Origin: Octopus vulgaris
Lineage: Eukaryota
Assembly (NCBI GenBank): GCA_951406725.2
Contig: OX597815.1
Span: forward strand, 168,454,001-168,518,000
Length of the DNA stretch: 64,000 nucleotides
Direction: 5' to 3'
Within the stretch, counting starts at the first letter, position 1; the number at the start of each line of letters is the position of its first letter. The notes below the pieces were generated by a model. The model did no database searches, had not been told where the DNA came from, and worked only from the letters and a program-made list of their open reading frames with translations. Positions 52,695-64,000 of this stretch are shown here, piece after piece. A program made the position numbers and the translations under genes.

Positions 52695-53013
52695 ATTGCC
52701 TCCACCTTCCTTAAGGTGGAGATATTGTTTTCAGTCGTGTTTGTTTGCCCATGGACAAGATATCTCAAGAACCACTGGATGGATTCGGATGAAACTTTCA
52801 GGGATGTTTGGCCTTGAGACTGGTACAAACTGATTAGATTTGGGGATTGATCCAGTACCGGACAAGGATTCTGGATTACATGTATATGTAAAGTTTCACT
52901 TCATTTTCTTGTACACATGCACACATACACTCACACATTTTTAACATTGAACATTACCATCCCATTTCCATTGTACACACACACACACACACATGCAAAC
53001 ATACTTCTCTTTT

Positions 53014-53046
<33 letters not shown>

Positions 53047-53468
53047 TCAAACACCGTTTATCAGCTCTTTCACTCCTTCCTTAGTTATTCATCTATCACC
53101 CCTTCCTTTCTCATTCATATGACACTATCTTTGCCATTTATCTCCTCTACCTTCACCTCTCACTCAAGATCTATTTTATGTATATATATATATATATATA
53201 AAAACAACACATTATTATATTAGGAGATTATACATACATTTTAACACTTTACAGTATACTTACATATATACATAATTCTATACATCGATTTAAAACAACA
53301 GGATTACTAAAGGAAGACCAGAATTTAAGAGAAGAGAAAACCAAAAGGTCTCATACATTCATTGAAGGATTTTATTTCAGATATTCTTATTTTAAAAATC
53401 ATCTCGGGTTAATCGTTGAGAGGATGTTGGTGTTGCATTGGCGGAGGTTTGCACTCTGAGTGCTCTTG
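52695..53468 (+). mobile_element. Helentron-type non-autonomous element (HINE/DINE-like), interrupted internally
   Basis: 5' TTGCCTCCACC...GGTGGAG short inverted repeat, 3' subterminal GGCGGAGG followed by hairpin GCACTC-T-GAGTGC; microsatellite-rich filler at ~52880-53360. Confidence 0.6.
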
Positions 53469-53706
53469 ATATTATTATAATGATAATAATAATTCTTTCA
53501 ACTGGAAGCACAAGGCCTCAAATTTGGGGGAAGGGATTAAGTCAATCGCATTGACCTCAGTGTGTAACTGGTACTTAATTTATCAACCCCAAAAGGATGA
53601 AAGGCAAAGTCAACTTCGGCAGAATTTGAAACCAGAACGTAATGACAGGCAAAATACCACTAAGCATTTCACCCAGCATGCTAACAATTCTGCCAGCTCA
53701 CCATCT

Positions 53707-53742
<36 letters not shown>

Positions 53743-54918
53743 GTTTCAAATTTTGCCACAATTTAGGTCATCCATAAACCATAGGTTGTTTACTTTCATG
53801 CTGCCTAGCATGTACCCACATGCATATTTCTTAAAACGCTCATTAGTGACAGTGTACAGACAATAAATAGGAGAGGTGACAGACTGTCCCCTTGAAAGAT
53901 TCCTCTTTTGATATTTACTTCTCCCAGTTTATCTCCATTTGCTGTGAGGAGGAGGAGGAGGAGGAGAAGATGAAGAAGAAGTAAGAAGAAGAAGAAGAAT
54001 GGTTTCTTATTTCTTTATTGCCCACAAGGGGCTAAACACAGAGGGGACAAACAAGGACAGACAAAAGGATTAAGTCGATTACATCGACCCCGGTGCATAA
54101 CTGGTACTTAATTTATCGACCCTGAAAGGATGAAAGGCAAAGTCAACCTTGGTAGAATTTGATCTCAGAACATAATGGCAGACGAAATACCAATAAGCAT
54201 TTCGCCCAGCGTGCTAACGTTTCTGCCAGCTCGCCTGCTAGTGTTTCTACCAGATTACTGTAATAACAATGATGATGATGATATAAGGATTGATTGGGAA
54301 AATCGTAAGAGCATTAAACAAAAAGCCTTGCAGTATTTAGTTATGACTCTGTGTCTGAGTTCAAATCCTGCTAAGATTATCTTTACATTCCATCCTTCCA
54401 GGGTCAATGAAATAAAATACCAGTTAAGTACCGGAGTGCACATAATAGACATTATAGCCCTCTAGCTCAATTTCTGGCATTGCACCTATCATTTTGTATC
54501 CATATTTCACAATTTGACTGAGACAATATCCGACAAGTCAAAGAACTGAGTTGAGCTCAAATGTCTGTTTTGGCATGGTTTATATACCTAGATGCCCTTC
54601 TTAATGCCCACCACTTTACAGAGTGTACTGGATGCTTTTTCATGTTAACCAGAGATGATCGCCAAGTGGTTCACAAGACAAGACCCCTTGGTTTAGGGGA
54701 GGGGTGTAGCATTGAGGAAATTGGCTTATATCAAGAGCTGAAGGAAAGAATATGATAGAGAGATAGGAACGGATGACTTAGTGTAGTGGAGATATATGGC
54801 TACCCCAGCAACCGTATTAGAATCAATTGTTAATAACACTTAATTTTGAAATTTATATGTAACACAGATCAGAGTAAAGGATCCTTCTTCTGAATAACTA
54901 AAGAACTAACCTAAAAGG

Positions 54919-55118
54919 GTTGTGTCTTGCAACCTTTTCAGTAGTCTTGACTGTTGAAAAGGTTGCAAGACGCAACGAAAATTTTAGGAAAATAAAAATA
55001 AGAAATAAGTGGAAATTTTACTGGCACAAAAGAAAATGGCTCTCCCCAGACACAACACAATATGCTTCAACACACAAACTCATATAAAGAATCTTGCAAA
55101 CCAAATCCAAAAACGAAA
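54919..55118 (+). mobile_element. Short Penelope-like non-autonomous element with foldback 5' end, hammerhead-like core and 12-bp TSD
   Basis: TSD TAACCTAAAAGG at 54907-54918 and 55119-55130; hairpin GTTGTGTCTTGCAACCTTTTCAGTAGTC-TT-GACTGTTGAAAAGGTTGCAAGACGCAAC. Confidence 0.78.
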
Positions 55119-56586
55119 TAACCTAAAAGGTCAAAACATGAAATCACAGTCAATTTGTTGTGCTATTTCAGTATGCAATGTATCAGTTTAAAAATTTAAA
55201 TAGAGGCATCAGTCTAAATTAACATGAAAAAAAACCAACACATTTGATGAAAACATCCTAGGAAAACATCTGGAAAGCTAATGACTCTTTTACTTGTTAT
55301 TTTCATTGGATTATAGCCATGCTGGAGCGCCACCTTCAAGAATAAGTCAAACAAACTGACCCCCAGTAATTATTGTCTTTTTAAGTCAGGTAATAATTCT
55401 ATCAGCCTCTTTTGTAGAACTGCTAAGTTACGGGGATGTAAACAAACCAACACCAGTTGTTAACTGGTGGGTGGACAAACATAGGCACCACCACCCCACA
55501 CACACATCTACACACATTTTTATACACACACACACACATATAGGTGCAGGCGTGGCTGTGTGTTAAGAAGTTTGCTACCTCATTACAGACACCTTGGTTA
55601 AAAGCTTCCAACTATAGCCCCAGGTCAACCAAAGCCACATGAGTGGATTTCGTAGACAGAAACTTTAAGACGCCCATTGTTATTTTTGTAAGTGTTTGTC
55701 TACTAAAGATATTTTCTTAGTTCACTTTGAATTTAACCAATTCTGGATTACTTTGACAACATTGTGTTAACATAGATTATTGGATTTATTGATTTGACTG
55801 GTATTTTCTGTATCTAAATATGCTGGCACAACAGAAATGTTCATCAGTATTGTATGATGTAATCACAAATTAAAGATGTGATTTTCTCCATTCTTGTTCT
55901 TCTTGCCTTATACTCTGAATTTTTTGAAATTCTTCTGAACAATATTTAGATTTACTGGTTAAGGCAAAGTCAACCTCAGCGGAATTTGAACTCAGAACGT
56001 AACGACAGATGAAATACCGCTAAGCATTTCGCCCAGTGTGCTAACGTGTCTGCCAGCTCGCCACCCTGATTGTTGGATATAGTTAACCAAACTTGTTTAG
56101 TACTGAGTGCTTTATAGTTATCTGCCCGGATTTTTTAATTCCTTTTACGTCACGTGTGTGTGTGTGTGTTCGCCACCAATACATAACAACCTGTGTTGGT
56201 TTGATTATGTCTCTATAACTTAGCAATTTGGCAAAAAGAGATTAAAACCTTCAAGGCTCCAACATGGCTGCAGTTTAATGACTGAAAAAAAAGTAAGAGA
56301 AGTAAAAGAATGCTTATATGCATACATATATATATATATAGTACGTTTAAATATATATATATATATACACACATATATATGATGGGCTTCCACACAATTT
56401 CCAGCTATCAAATTCACTCACAAAGCATTGGTCAACCTGGGGTTGTAATAGAAGACATTTACCAAGATGCCATGCAGTAGGACTGAACCCCAAATCATGT
56501 GATTGCAAGGCAAACTTCTTAACCACACAGCCATGTGCAAACTAATGTGCAGCACAAGAAATAAAATGACAAGAAGTATAACTCAC

Positions 56587-56726
56587 CATGCTATGATCAA
56601 CTCCACTTGTTAAAGTATGACGGCGGCCATCCCACCTGCGGTTGCCATGTTTTGAGTCACCTAACTTCTGAGGTTTGGGTTCATCGATGTTTCTTCTCTG
56701 TTGAGATGTAATATTGTCAATGTTTG
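56587..56726 (-). CDS. SAPCD2: SAPCD2-like coding exon (most 5' exon found): (A)NIDNITSQQRRNIDEPKPQKLGDSKHGNRRWDGRRHTLTSGVDHSM
   Basis: Acceptor ttgtttatttcag and donor ATG|gtgagt; 140 nt (phase 1 in, phase 0 out). RRHTLTSGVD matches the RRHTIxSGVD motif that precedes the suppressor-APC coiled coil in SAPCD2 (recalled, not searched). Confidence 0.85.
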
Positions 56727-56955
56727 CTGAAATAAACAATACATATATCTATTTAGAGGCCTTGTACAATCACAGTTTAGACACCATTATTAAAGAAAAG
56801 ACTCAAACAAAACATTGATATGTGCATTGTGCAATAAAACGTGCAGATCTTTGGTGGTGCTCAAGAGTCATATAAGTGCCTTGAATTGCATTATCAATGA
56901 CTCATTTCAATGATTCTTCCTAACAATGGCTTGCTCATATACGAGAAGGCAGACA

Positions 56956-56995
<40 letters not shown>

Positions 56996-57143
56996 ATGAA
57001 TGAATTATCCTTTGTTTACCTTTAACATGGAAAATTCAATAATCAGTTACCAGGGTAGCAAAATTCATGCAAGTAACAAGGATGTGGCGACCTATTCAAA
57101 AGTAGAAACTCCAGGTTAATGTGCAGTAATTTGTATAGTATAA

Positions 57144-57251
57144 GTAAATAAATGGAGTTGAACGCAGATGTTATTCAAATTCTTTTACTTTCGACATGTT
57201 TCGAAGACAGTAAAAGAATTTGAATAACATCTGCGTTCAACTCCATTTATT

Positions 57252-57254
<3 letters not shown>
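57144..57254. repeat. Perfect 46-bp inverted repeat with 19-nt spacer
   Basis: 57144-57189 is the exact reverse complement of 57209-57254. Confidence 0.95.
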
Positions 57255-57291
<37 letters not shown>

Positions 57292-57804
57292 AACATATAT
57301 ATACACACATATATATACATACACACACACACATATATATATATAGACATACACACCAAAACACACAAGATATATGTATGTATTTGTGTGTGTGTATGCA
57401 TGTATGTATTACGTGTGTGTGAATGCTGATATTTCATCTGTCAACATTTATGCATGAAAGCAGTACAACATTCAATGTCGATAGTATAACTAGTCATACG
57501 TCACTTTCAATAGCCAGTAGAATATAAAAATCCTTGTTTGAAGTGAAAAAAAAAAAAAAAAAAAAACAGAAAAGGAAAAAGACAGGTGAAGAATGGCAAC
57601 ATGAAGAGCAGCCAGTTATTAACAACTTTGACACCAAATCAATTCCTATCCAAGTTAGCTAACATAGAAGAAAACGCATTAAATTAACAATGTAAAGATA
57701 TATATATATATACTACTAATATAGGATAAAATTTTTTTCAGAAAAAATTTCATCAAAAGTGGCAGCATATTAAAATACCTTTAAAGGTTAAAATTATAAA
57801 CAAT

Positions 57805-58037
57805 TTATAAACAAGGGTAAAAGAAAAATTATTTCTATGCCAATATGCTGATAACAGACTTTAAATCATCAATTTCCACATTTCATTATACACTCACTAT
57901 AAATACACGTCATGCTGAAATCAATTTCAGCACGTGTATTTATAGTGAGTGTATAATGAAATGTAGAAATTGACGATTTAAAGTCTGTTATCAGCATATT
58001 GGCATGGAAATAACTTTTCTTTTGCCCTTGTTTATAA
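57805..58037. repeat. 233-bp near-perfect palindrome (foldback)
   Basis: Arms of ~114 bp differ by 5 transitions and one 3-nt bulge; 2-nt centre (GCTGAAAT-CA-ATTTCAGC). Confidence 0.95.
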
Positions 58038-58149
58038 GTTATATATATATAGGCTAAATTTGACAGTTTGCAAAAAAGGAAAAGAAAACACAATATTCTA
58101 TCCAAAAATAAAAGTATTTTTTAAAAATTTAAAAAATATCAACTAGATT

Positions 58150-59232
58150 AAGGCTGGGAGATAACTGTTTTTTCAGCCCTTAGCTACTACAATGGCCGCA
58201 AGACATCTCTGGAACCTTGCATGTGCATTCCTCACTCTGTCCTTGGGAAGACCTTCCAATCCCTCCTTCATCAGGGCCCCAGCTCAGCCTTGGTGTTGCA
58301 GACAGAGTGGTTTCAGTCTTTTTCAACAACATCCCACACATAGTAATACATGAGATTACAACTGAGGGAATTAGGAGTCCAGAAATAGAGCTGTTGATGT
58401 AGAAATTCTCTAAGAACCACTTCTGACTCTTTCCAGAGATATGGTAAGGAGCCAAATCCTGTTGTCACATATATGGCTTTCCAACAACAACCCTCTCCAA
58501 CCAGGGTTGAACCACAGTCTCCATCAGCTCTGCATAGCTGTCTGAATTGAACCTAAGGTACAGGGATGTGGGTTGGCATGACATCGCCCTCACTGGAGAA
58601 ACACTCAAAGATCGTCACAGCTTAAGGGAACTTGGCTTTCATGATATGTGGGACATCACACGGATTATAGTCAAGCCACTTTTTGTTATCTTAGAAGAAC
58701 CAGATCATCTCCAGCTCAACAAGAGGCCTCAACTTGTTCAGGGCTTTCTTTGTCTTCATCAAGCAGTTCTCCTTGACTTCATCTGTCAGAATTTGTCCCT
58801 CACGCCTCTTGTACAAGTGGTAGCTAAGAACCAGCTTAACAGTGGCAACTCCAACACCCATCTGTCTCACCAAAGCTTGGATTCCCTTGCTCAGATCTTC
58901 CATCACCTTGTCCTGCAGTTTTGGGGGTGAATTCCAGCATGCAGATGCAGCCAGAATGCCTGCTGTGTTTCTTCTTGCTGTCTATGGCATGTCTTACAGA
59001 CTTTACTTAGTTCACAGAACACTGAGAAGCAGCCATGATGTTGGCATTTTGATACCTGGTGTGAATCATCATGATACAGGTAAACTTTTTCCAATATTCA
59101 GATGGCTTCCAGTCCACCATGTGAGCTAACTTTTTCTCAACTGCAATGTTAATCTTTATGCTCTCAAAACTGTTGACTGTTCCCCAATACCTCAAGCTAT
59201 TCCTGAAAAAAGTTAGCCCAAACACCCTGTAT
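58150..59232 (-). mobile_element. Decayed Tc1/mariner-superfamily element, maT/DD37D-like
   Basis: One end TACAGGGTGTT at ~59231. Fragmented transposase motifs IWFF*D, VSSEGDVMP, QQDLAPYH and FWTPNSLSCNLMYYYVW (cf. WPPNSPDLNPLDYxVW). Second TIR not found. Confidence 0.72.
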
Positions 59233-60099
59233 ATTATGAATAAGAAAGCTTGTATAACAGAATAGAGGGTGACAGACAATGAGATAATAGGCTGATGTTA
59301 AGGAAAGAAGTATAGATACAAGAAGAGGTGAAGGCATTTGTGGTCACTCCCAGACACACATATGCAGACAAATCCATATGCACACACACACACATATACA
59401 GTTGAGAGGAAAAGGGAAGATAGGAATGTCTTGAGTTAATGTAGCTGTAATGATAAAATAACAACAATAAAAATAACATCAGTCACCTGCATACATCAAA
59501 GAATCTGAAAAGAAATTTATATGGTATCTGGGTCAAACTTGTTCCAGTATGGCAGACACACCACCCAGTGTACAGCTGTTCATATACATAGTCATATATA
59601 TATATATATACACACAATCATGCAGGCATGTCATATACCGATTTTGCTCCTGCAGATACTACTACAGACATCCTGTCTCTGTAAGATTTTCATGTATATG
59701 CTTACATTTTTTAGCTTCCATAAATATAAGAGTAAATTATCCAAAACATTACAATGTCAATATAGAGCACTATGCCTTGTCTTGCATTCAGCCCTGAACT
59801 CCTCGATCAAGTTAAAGGTGTGGTGTGTTTTGGGACACTTCAGACATTGCAGAGCCCATTCGTCTCCAAGTCTAACCACAGTCAATTTCTTCCCAAAAAA
59901 AAAGAAAAGAGAAAGAAAGAAATATGAAGTAAAAAAGAGTGACTCCTGTATAGGACTGTTGTTATTTACTGATCCAGAAACAATAAAAGGTAAAGTTTAC
60001 CTCATTGAGATTTGAACTCAAAGCATAAGAGAGCTGAAATAACTACAGTAGTCTATCAAATGTGCTAATGATGCTACCAATTGACCAGCTGTGTGTGTA

Positions 60100-60145
<46 letters not shown>

Positions 60146-60799
60146 TCTACTGCAGTTCCATGTGGTCCTTTCCACGCTACACATGTACAACAAGCATATT
60201 TGCATCAATATTTCATCAGAGAACTCACACCAATTAAAGAAGATAAGTTTGCAAGTAACAACCAATAACAACATTAAAAGGAAAATGAAAACAGACAAAA
60301 AGAAAGTAGTATGAAGTGGGGGAAGGGGGTAAGAAAGACAAAAAGAAAAAACCGCAGGATGGAACAAGGATTAGGAAGATGAAAGAGTAAAGAAAAATGA
60401 CTAGGTACAGGGTGCATTAGGAAGAGATAGTGTGAGCATGAGCATATTCTAAGCTAAATGATTCAATAATGTAAGGTCCATAAATGCCTGTTATGATGTG
60501 CTTATTTAATGGGAGACTGAGGGGGCAGGGAAATATAGTACAATGCCAATGGTGTGTTAGTTCAATACCTATGACTATGTTCCAAATCTGAAGTTGTACA
60601 TGCATTAAATGAATTATCCCATATGATTGCTATGATAAAGTAGTTTATATAAAATCCTCTCTCTCTCTCTCTTTCTGTTCCATACTTCCAGGAGTTGGCA
60701 ATCATGAACCTTCATACAAAAATCTAAAGATTATTCTTTTATTTGTTTCAGTCATTTGACTGCGGCCATGCTAGAGCACTGCTTTTAATTCACAAGTTT

Positions 60800-61300
60800 T
60801 CTTACAAAAGATACAGCAATGGGTTCCCAATGTTGTTTGCTGGATTATTTCCAGTTTACTCTGCTTGTCTCCTGCTCTCTAAAGGTTAGACAGGGCCTGA
60901 TTAACCTTTAAACAGAGTGGCTGATACATGTAGCATCAGGGTAAGCCCACATATCAGTGGCTTTGTGTGACACATATCTAAAGTCTAGCTCTTCTTTGAA
61001 CTCCATCTGCCTTAGCCATCAAACCATCTTCTGCTATTTGATCCATAACTGGAGCCTTGAACAGATACTACCACCATAAGCTTGAGAAAACCTGCAAATA
61101 GTGTGACTAAGGGGTAACTCAATACTCCCAAACTCCTGGGACCTCACCACAAAATGCAGTTCAATGTTTTGCTCAGCCAGGACAATAAGATCCTTAACTT
61201 TTTCAAAGAGTATTGGATGCATAGTGCTTGTGGAAAAGTGGAATGCTAGAACTCTAAGATGACCAGAACACCCCACTTCAACCTCATCCAGCTTCATCAA
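60800..61300 (-). mobile_element. Possible very old LINE (RTE-like) RT remnant
   Basis: GC-richer tract with weak RFxQA...VVSV..YG..W-like remnants across frameshifts; no splice-consistent SAPCD2 match. Confidence 0.3.
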
Positions 61301-62346
61301 TTTGGGTACAGTGCTTTAATGATTTTAATTCAATTAGCACCTGAGTAGGGTAGAAGTAACAAAAAGTGCAGAGTTCCCCCACACACATACACAAACATTT
61401 ACACTTGTATACATGCAGACATTCAACCCAATCCTCCATTCTCCTACTCACACCACATGTATATTGGGTATGTAAATATATAAAAGCACGTAGGTAGTTC
61501 ATGACACAATAGAAAAATCAGAGGGTCAAAAGGCAAACAGTCAAGGTTGGGCGTATACACACACACACACACACACACATATAACCAAAACATATATTCA
61601 CAGACATACACATAAATACATGCATACAACCCACACATACACACAAACACACACACACACACACACCCAAGTGTATAGAGTATTGTTGCTCAGTGCAAGG
61701 TAGGCTTACTTGCCTCTGCTATCATGCTGAACAGATGTTATATTTTGGCAACTTCTGCACTCTAACAGAATACAAAGACCAAATTTATTACATTGATGTT
61801 ATTGGCAAAGACAACCACAATTTGAAATTGAGGACTTACTAAAGCTAATAGGAGACAGAGATTCTTGGCACGACATGGTGAAACGCATCTCAGTATAAAT
61901 AGACAGATGCTATAAATTATATATAAGAATATGATGCAATAAATGAGTATAAATAAAGATAGATGTTATGGATATAAATAGAATAGATGCTACAAAAATG
62001 AGTACAGAAACAGATTCTGTAAATGAGTATAAATAGAGACAGATACTATTGATGAGTATAAAGACAGATAAAATAAATGAGAAAAAATAGAGATCGTCAT
62101 CATTAGCATATAATGTCCCTTTATCCATACTGGCATGTGTTGAGTGGTTTGACACAAACTGACAAGCCAAAGGATTACACCAAACACCAATTTTCTGCTT
62201 CACCATGGTTTCTGTAGCTGGATATCCCTCCTAATGCCAACCATTTTACAATGAACTGGGTGCTTTTTTTTTTTATAGCACCAGCACTAGTGAGGTTGCC
62301 AAGTACTCACAAGATAAGAAACCCCTCAAGTGAGCTAGGATATAAT

Positions 62347-62721
62347 CAGGCACGTGCCGTCTTTAATTACTCAGGTAATGGTATATAGTAATGAAACAAT
62401 AAAAATAAGCGAAATACAGGCATGCAACTGTGTTGAAAGCAGATTTACTTCTGCCTTTATAGCCTGTGAAGAAAATGTAGGAGTGTATACAGCATTACTA
62501 TGCATAGCTTAAATACAAAGATTGAAAGGCAGGGCAATTTATGCCTACTTAACCTACAAAAAAATAAAATATTTTGCATTTTATGCATAGAAATCAGAGT
62601 AACTTTCATAATTTTATTGAATTAAGTGCATATTTTGCCATAAAAAGAAAATGTTGCTATTGATCTATTTTATTCAAGGTAGGCACTGCCTACCTTTGCC
62701 CACCCAGGCGGCACGTCCCTG
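62347..62721. mobile_element. hAT-type MITE with perfect 8-bp TSD
   Basis: 13-bp TIRs CAGGCACGTGCCG / CGGCACGTCCCTG (1 mismatch); TSD GATATAAT at 62339-62346 and 62722-62729. Confidence 0.88.
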
Positions 62722-63483
62722 GATATAATAATGGTTTCAAATTTTGGCACAAGGGGGAGGGGTAAGTTGATTACATCAACCCAGTGCTCTACTGGTACTT
62801 ATTTTAAAGAGATGAAAGGCAAAGTCAACCTCGGCGGAATTTGAACTCAGATGAAATTCCTCTCAGAATTTTACCCAGCATGTTAGCAATTTTGTCAGTT
62901 CACCACCTTAAAGCTGGGGTATAATATTGAATGATGTGAAAGTAGGATAGACAGACATGAACAAGAACAGGTGTCTTGCTAAAGAGGTGAATACACGGTT
63001 TCCTCAGCTGGAAAGAAAGAGGAAGAGAGAAGGATGGTGAGGGCATACCATCAAGGTATGAAGTGAATATATGAGAAAAATGCTATAAAGGAATATAAAT
63101 AAGACCTACAATCAATTTGATCTCTTTTTCCTATTTTCAGAAAAGTTTTGAGACTAAACTACCAACTTGAAAACTGTTATTGTAAAACTGTTAAATCCTA
63201 CCATTGTTATTGTATAGTAAGTATCCATTTATGACTAATGAAGCTTAAAAAATTCATATGACCAAAAAATTCATATGACAATCACTTCATGACCAAGTAG
63301 TTAAAACAGAATGGTTAAATGAAGCAAGCTTTACAGAAAATAATTCATTAAAATATTTCAATTAAACTGAATCTTCCAACTTATACTCAGCGTAAACTAA
63401 TCAGTTTTAAAATAATTACAAAAAAAGATATAAAAATAAAGATAAGAGATTTTCACAGTTATATTCAATTATTTTCCAAATGA

Positions 63484-63830
63484 TAGGAGTTCTCAACCAT
63501 TTTTTGCCTACAGACCTTTTTGATTATTATTTATTCTGGTGGACGCCCATAACCATCCAATGTCTAAAAACTAATTTTATAGATACTTCTTTCAAAATTA
63601 CTTTTTGTTCATCACGCATTCACTTGTGTAGATTGAACAATGTAAAACGTTAGAGAAAGAAACTTAGCTGTTTTTTGAAATACATACTAATACAGACATC
63701 TAAAGCAAAGTTTTTTCAGGGGCCTTTAAAATACTTTTGTGGATTGCCAATTTACTATTTTGTTGCATGGATCCCCCAAAATCTTATATGGATCTTGAGG
63801 GGCCATATGGACTCCAGTTGAGAACCACTG
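63484..63830. mobile_element. hAT-Charlie-like MITE
   Basis: Termini TAGGAGTTCTCAAC / GTTGAGAACCACTG; TSD no longer recognisable. Confidence 0.65.
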
Positions 63831-64000
63831 TCTTAGATGATCTCACACAGGTTTTAGAAATGGCATTTTTATCATATTATATTATAAGTAAACTGTAAAT
63901 GCACCTAGTACATACAAAGTGGTTGGCATTAGGAAGGGTAACCAGCTGTAGAAACCATCCCAAAGCAGACACTGAAGCATGATGCTATCCTTGGATCTAT

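Noticed and set aside
59521-60015. 164-aa plus-strand ORF
   Set aside because: Runs through microsatellite, poly-A and SINE sequence; no recognisable domain or splice pattern.

Overview
AT-rich, repeat-saturated eukaryotic genomic DNA. The SINE families, microsatellite density and transposon mix strongly suggest an octopus (coleoid cephalopod) genome; this is inferred, not confirmed by a search. One host gene is supported: the 3' part of a SAPCD2 (suppressor APC domain-containing 2 / p42.3) homologue on the minus strand. Five in-frame coding exons (56726-56587, 47182-47039, 42341-42240, 29246-29139, 25573-25451) splice into a continuous ORF ending ...LEQEKSALIRELFESRSQNKPNLDDTTFM*, and the last intron uses a GC-AG donor. 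Its 5' exons were not identified in the window. Much of the rest is transposon-derived: a stop-free 5'-truncated CR1/Jockey-group LINE, R4/Dong-, HERO- and RTE-type fragments, two Penelope-like (GIY-YIG) relics, a TIR-complete mariner, a maT/DD37D-like relic, two major tRNA-derived SINE families, piggyBac-type (TTAA) and hAT MITEs, and a Helentron-type non-autonomous element. The most unusual signal is a set of short non-coding, Penelope-like elements carrying minimal hammerhead-ribozyme cores and foldback ends. These include a tRNA-box + hammerhead element (~13.3-13.56 kb), a U3-A8 covariant hammerhead family with 12-13 bp TSDs, and a strand-permuted hammerhead-like motif in a HERO-type 3' UTR. 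Several long near-perfect hairpins also lie within, or just upstream of, the identified SAPCD2 exons. No prokaryotic features, CRISPR arrays, rRNA or intact tRNA genes were found. Many repeat boundaries are approximate.
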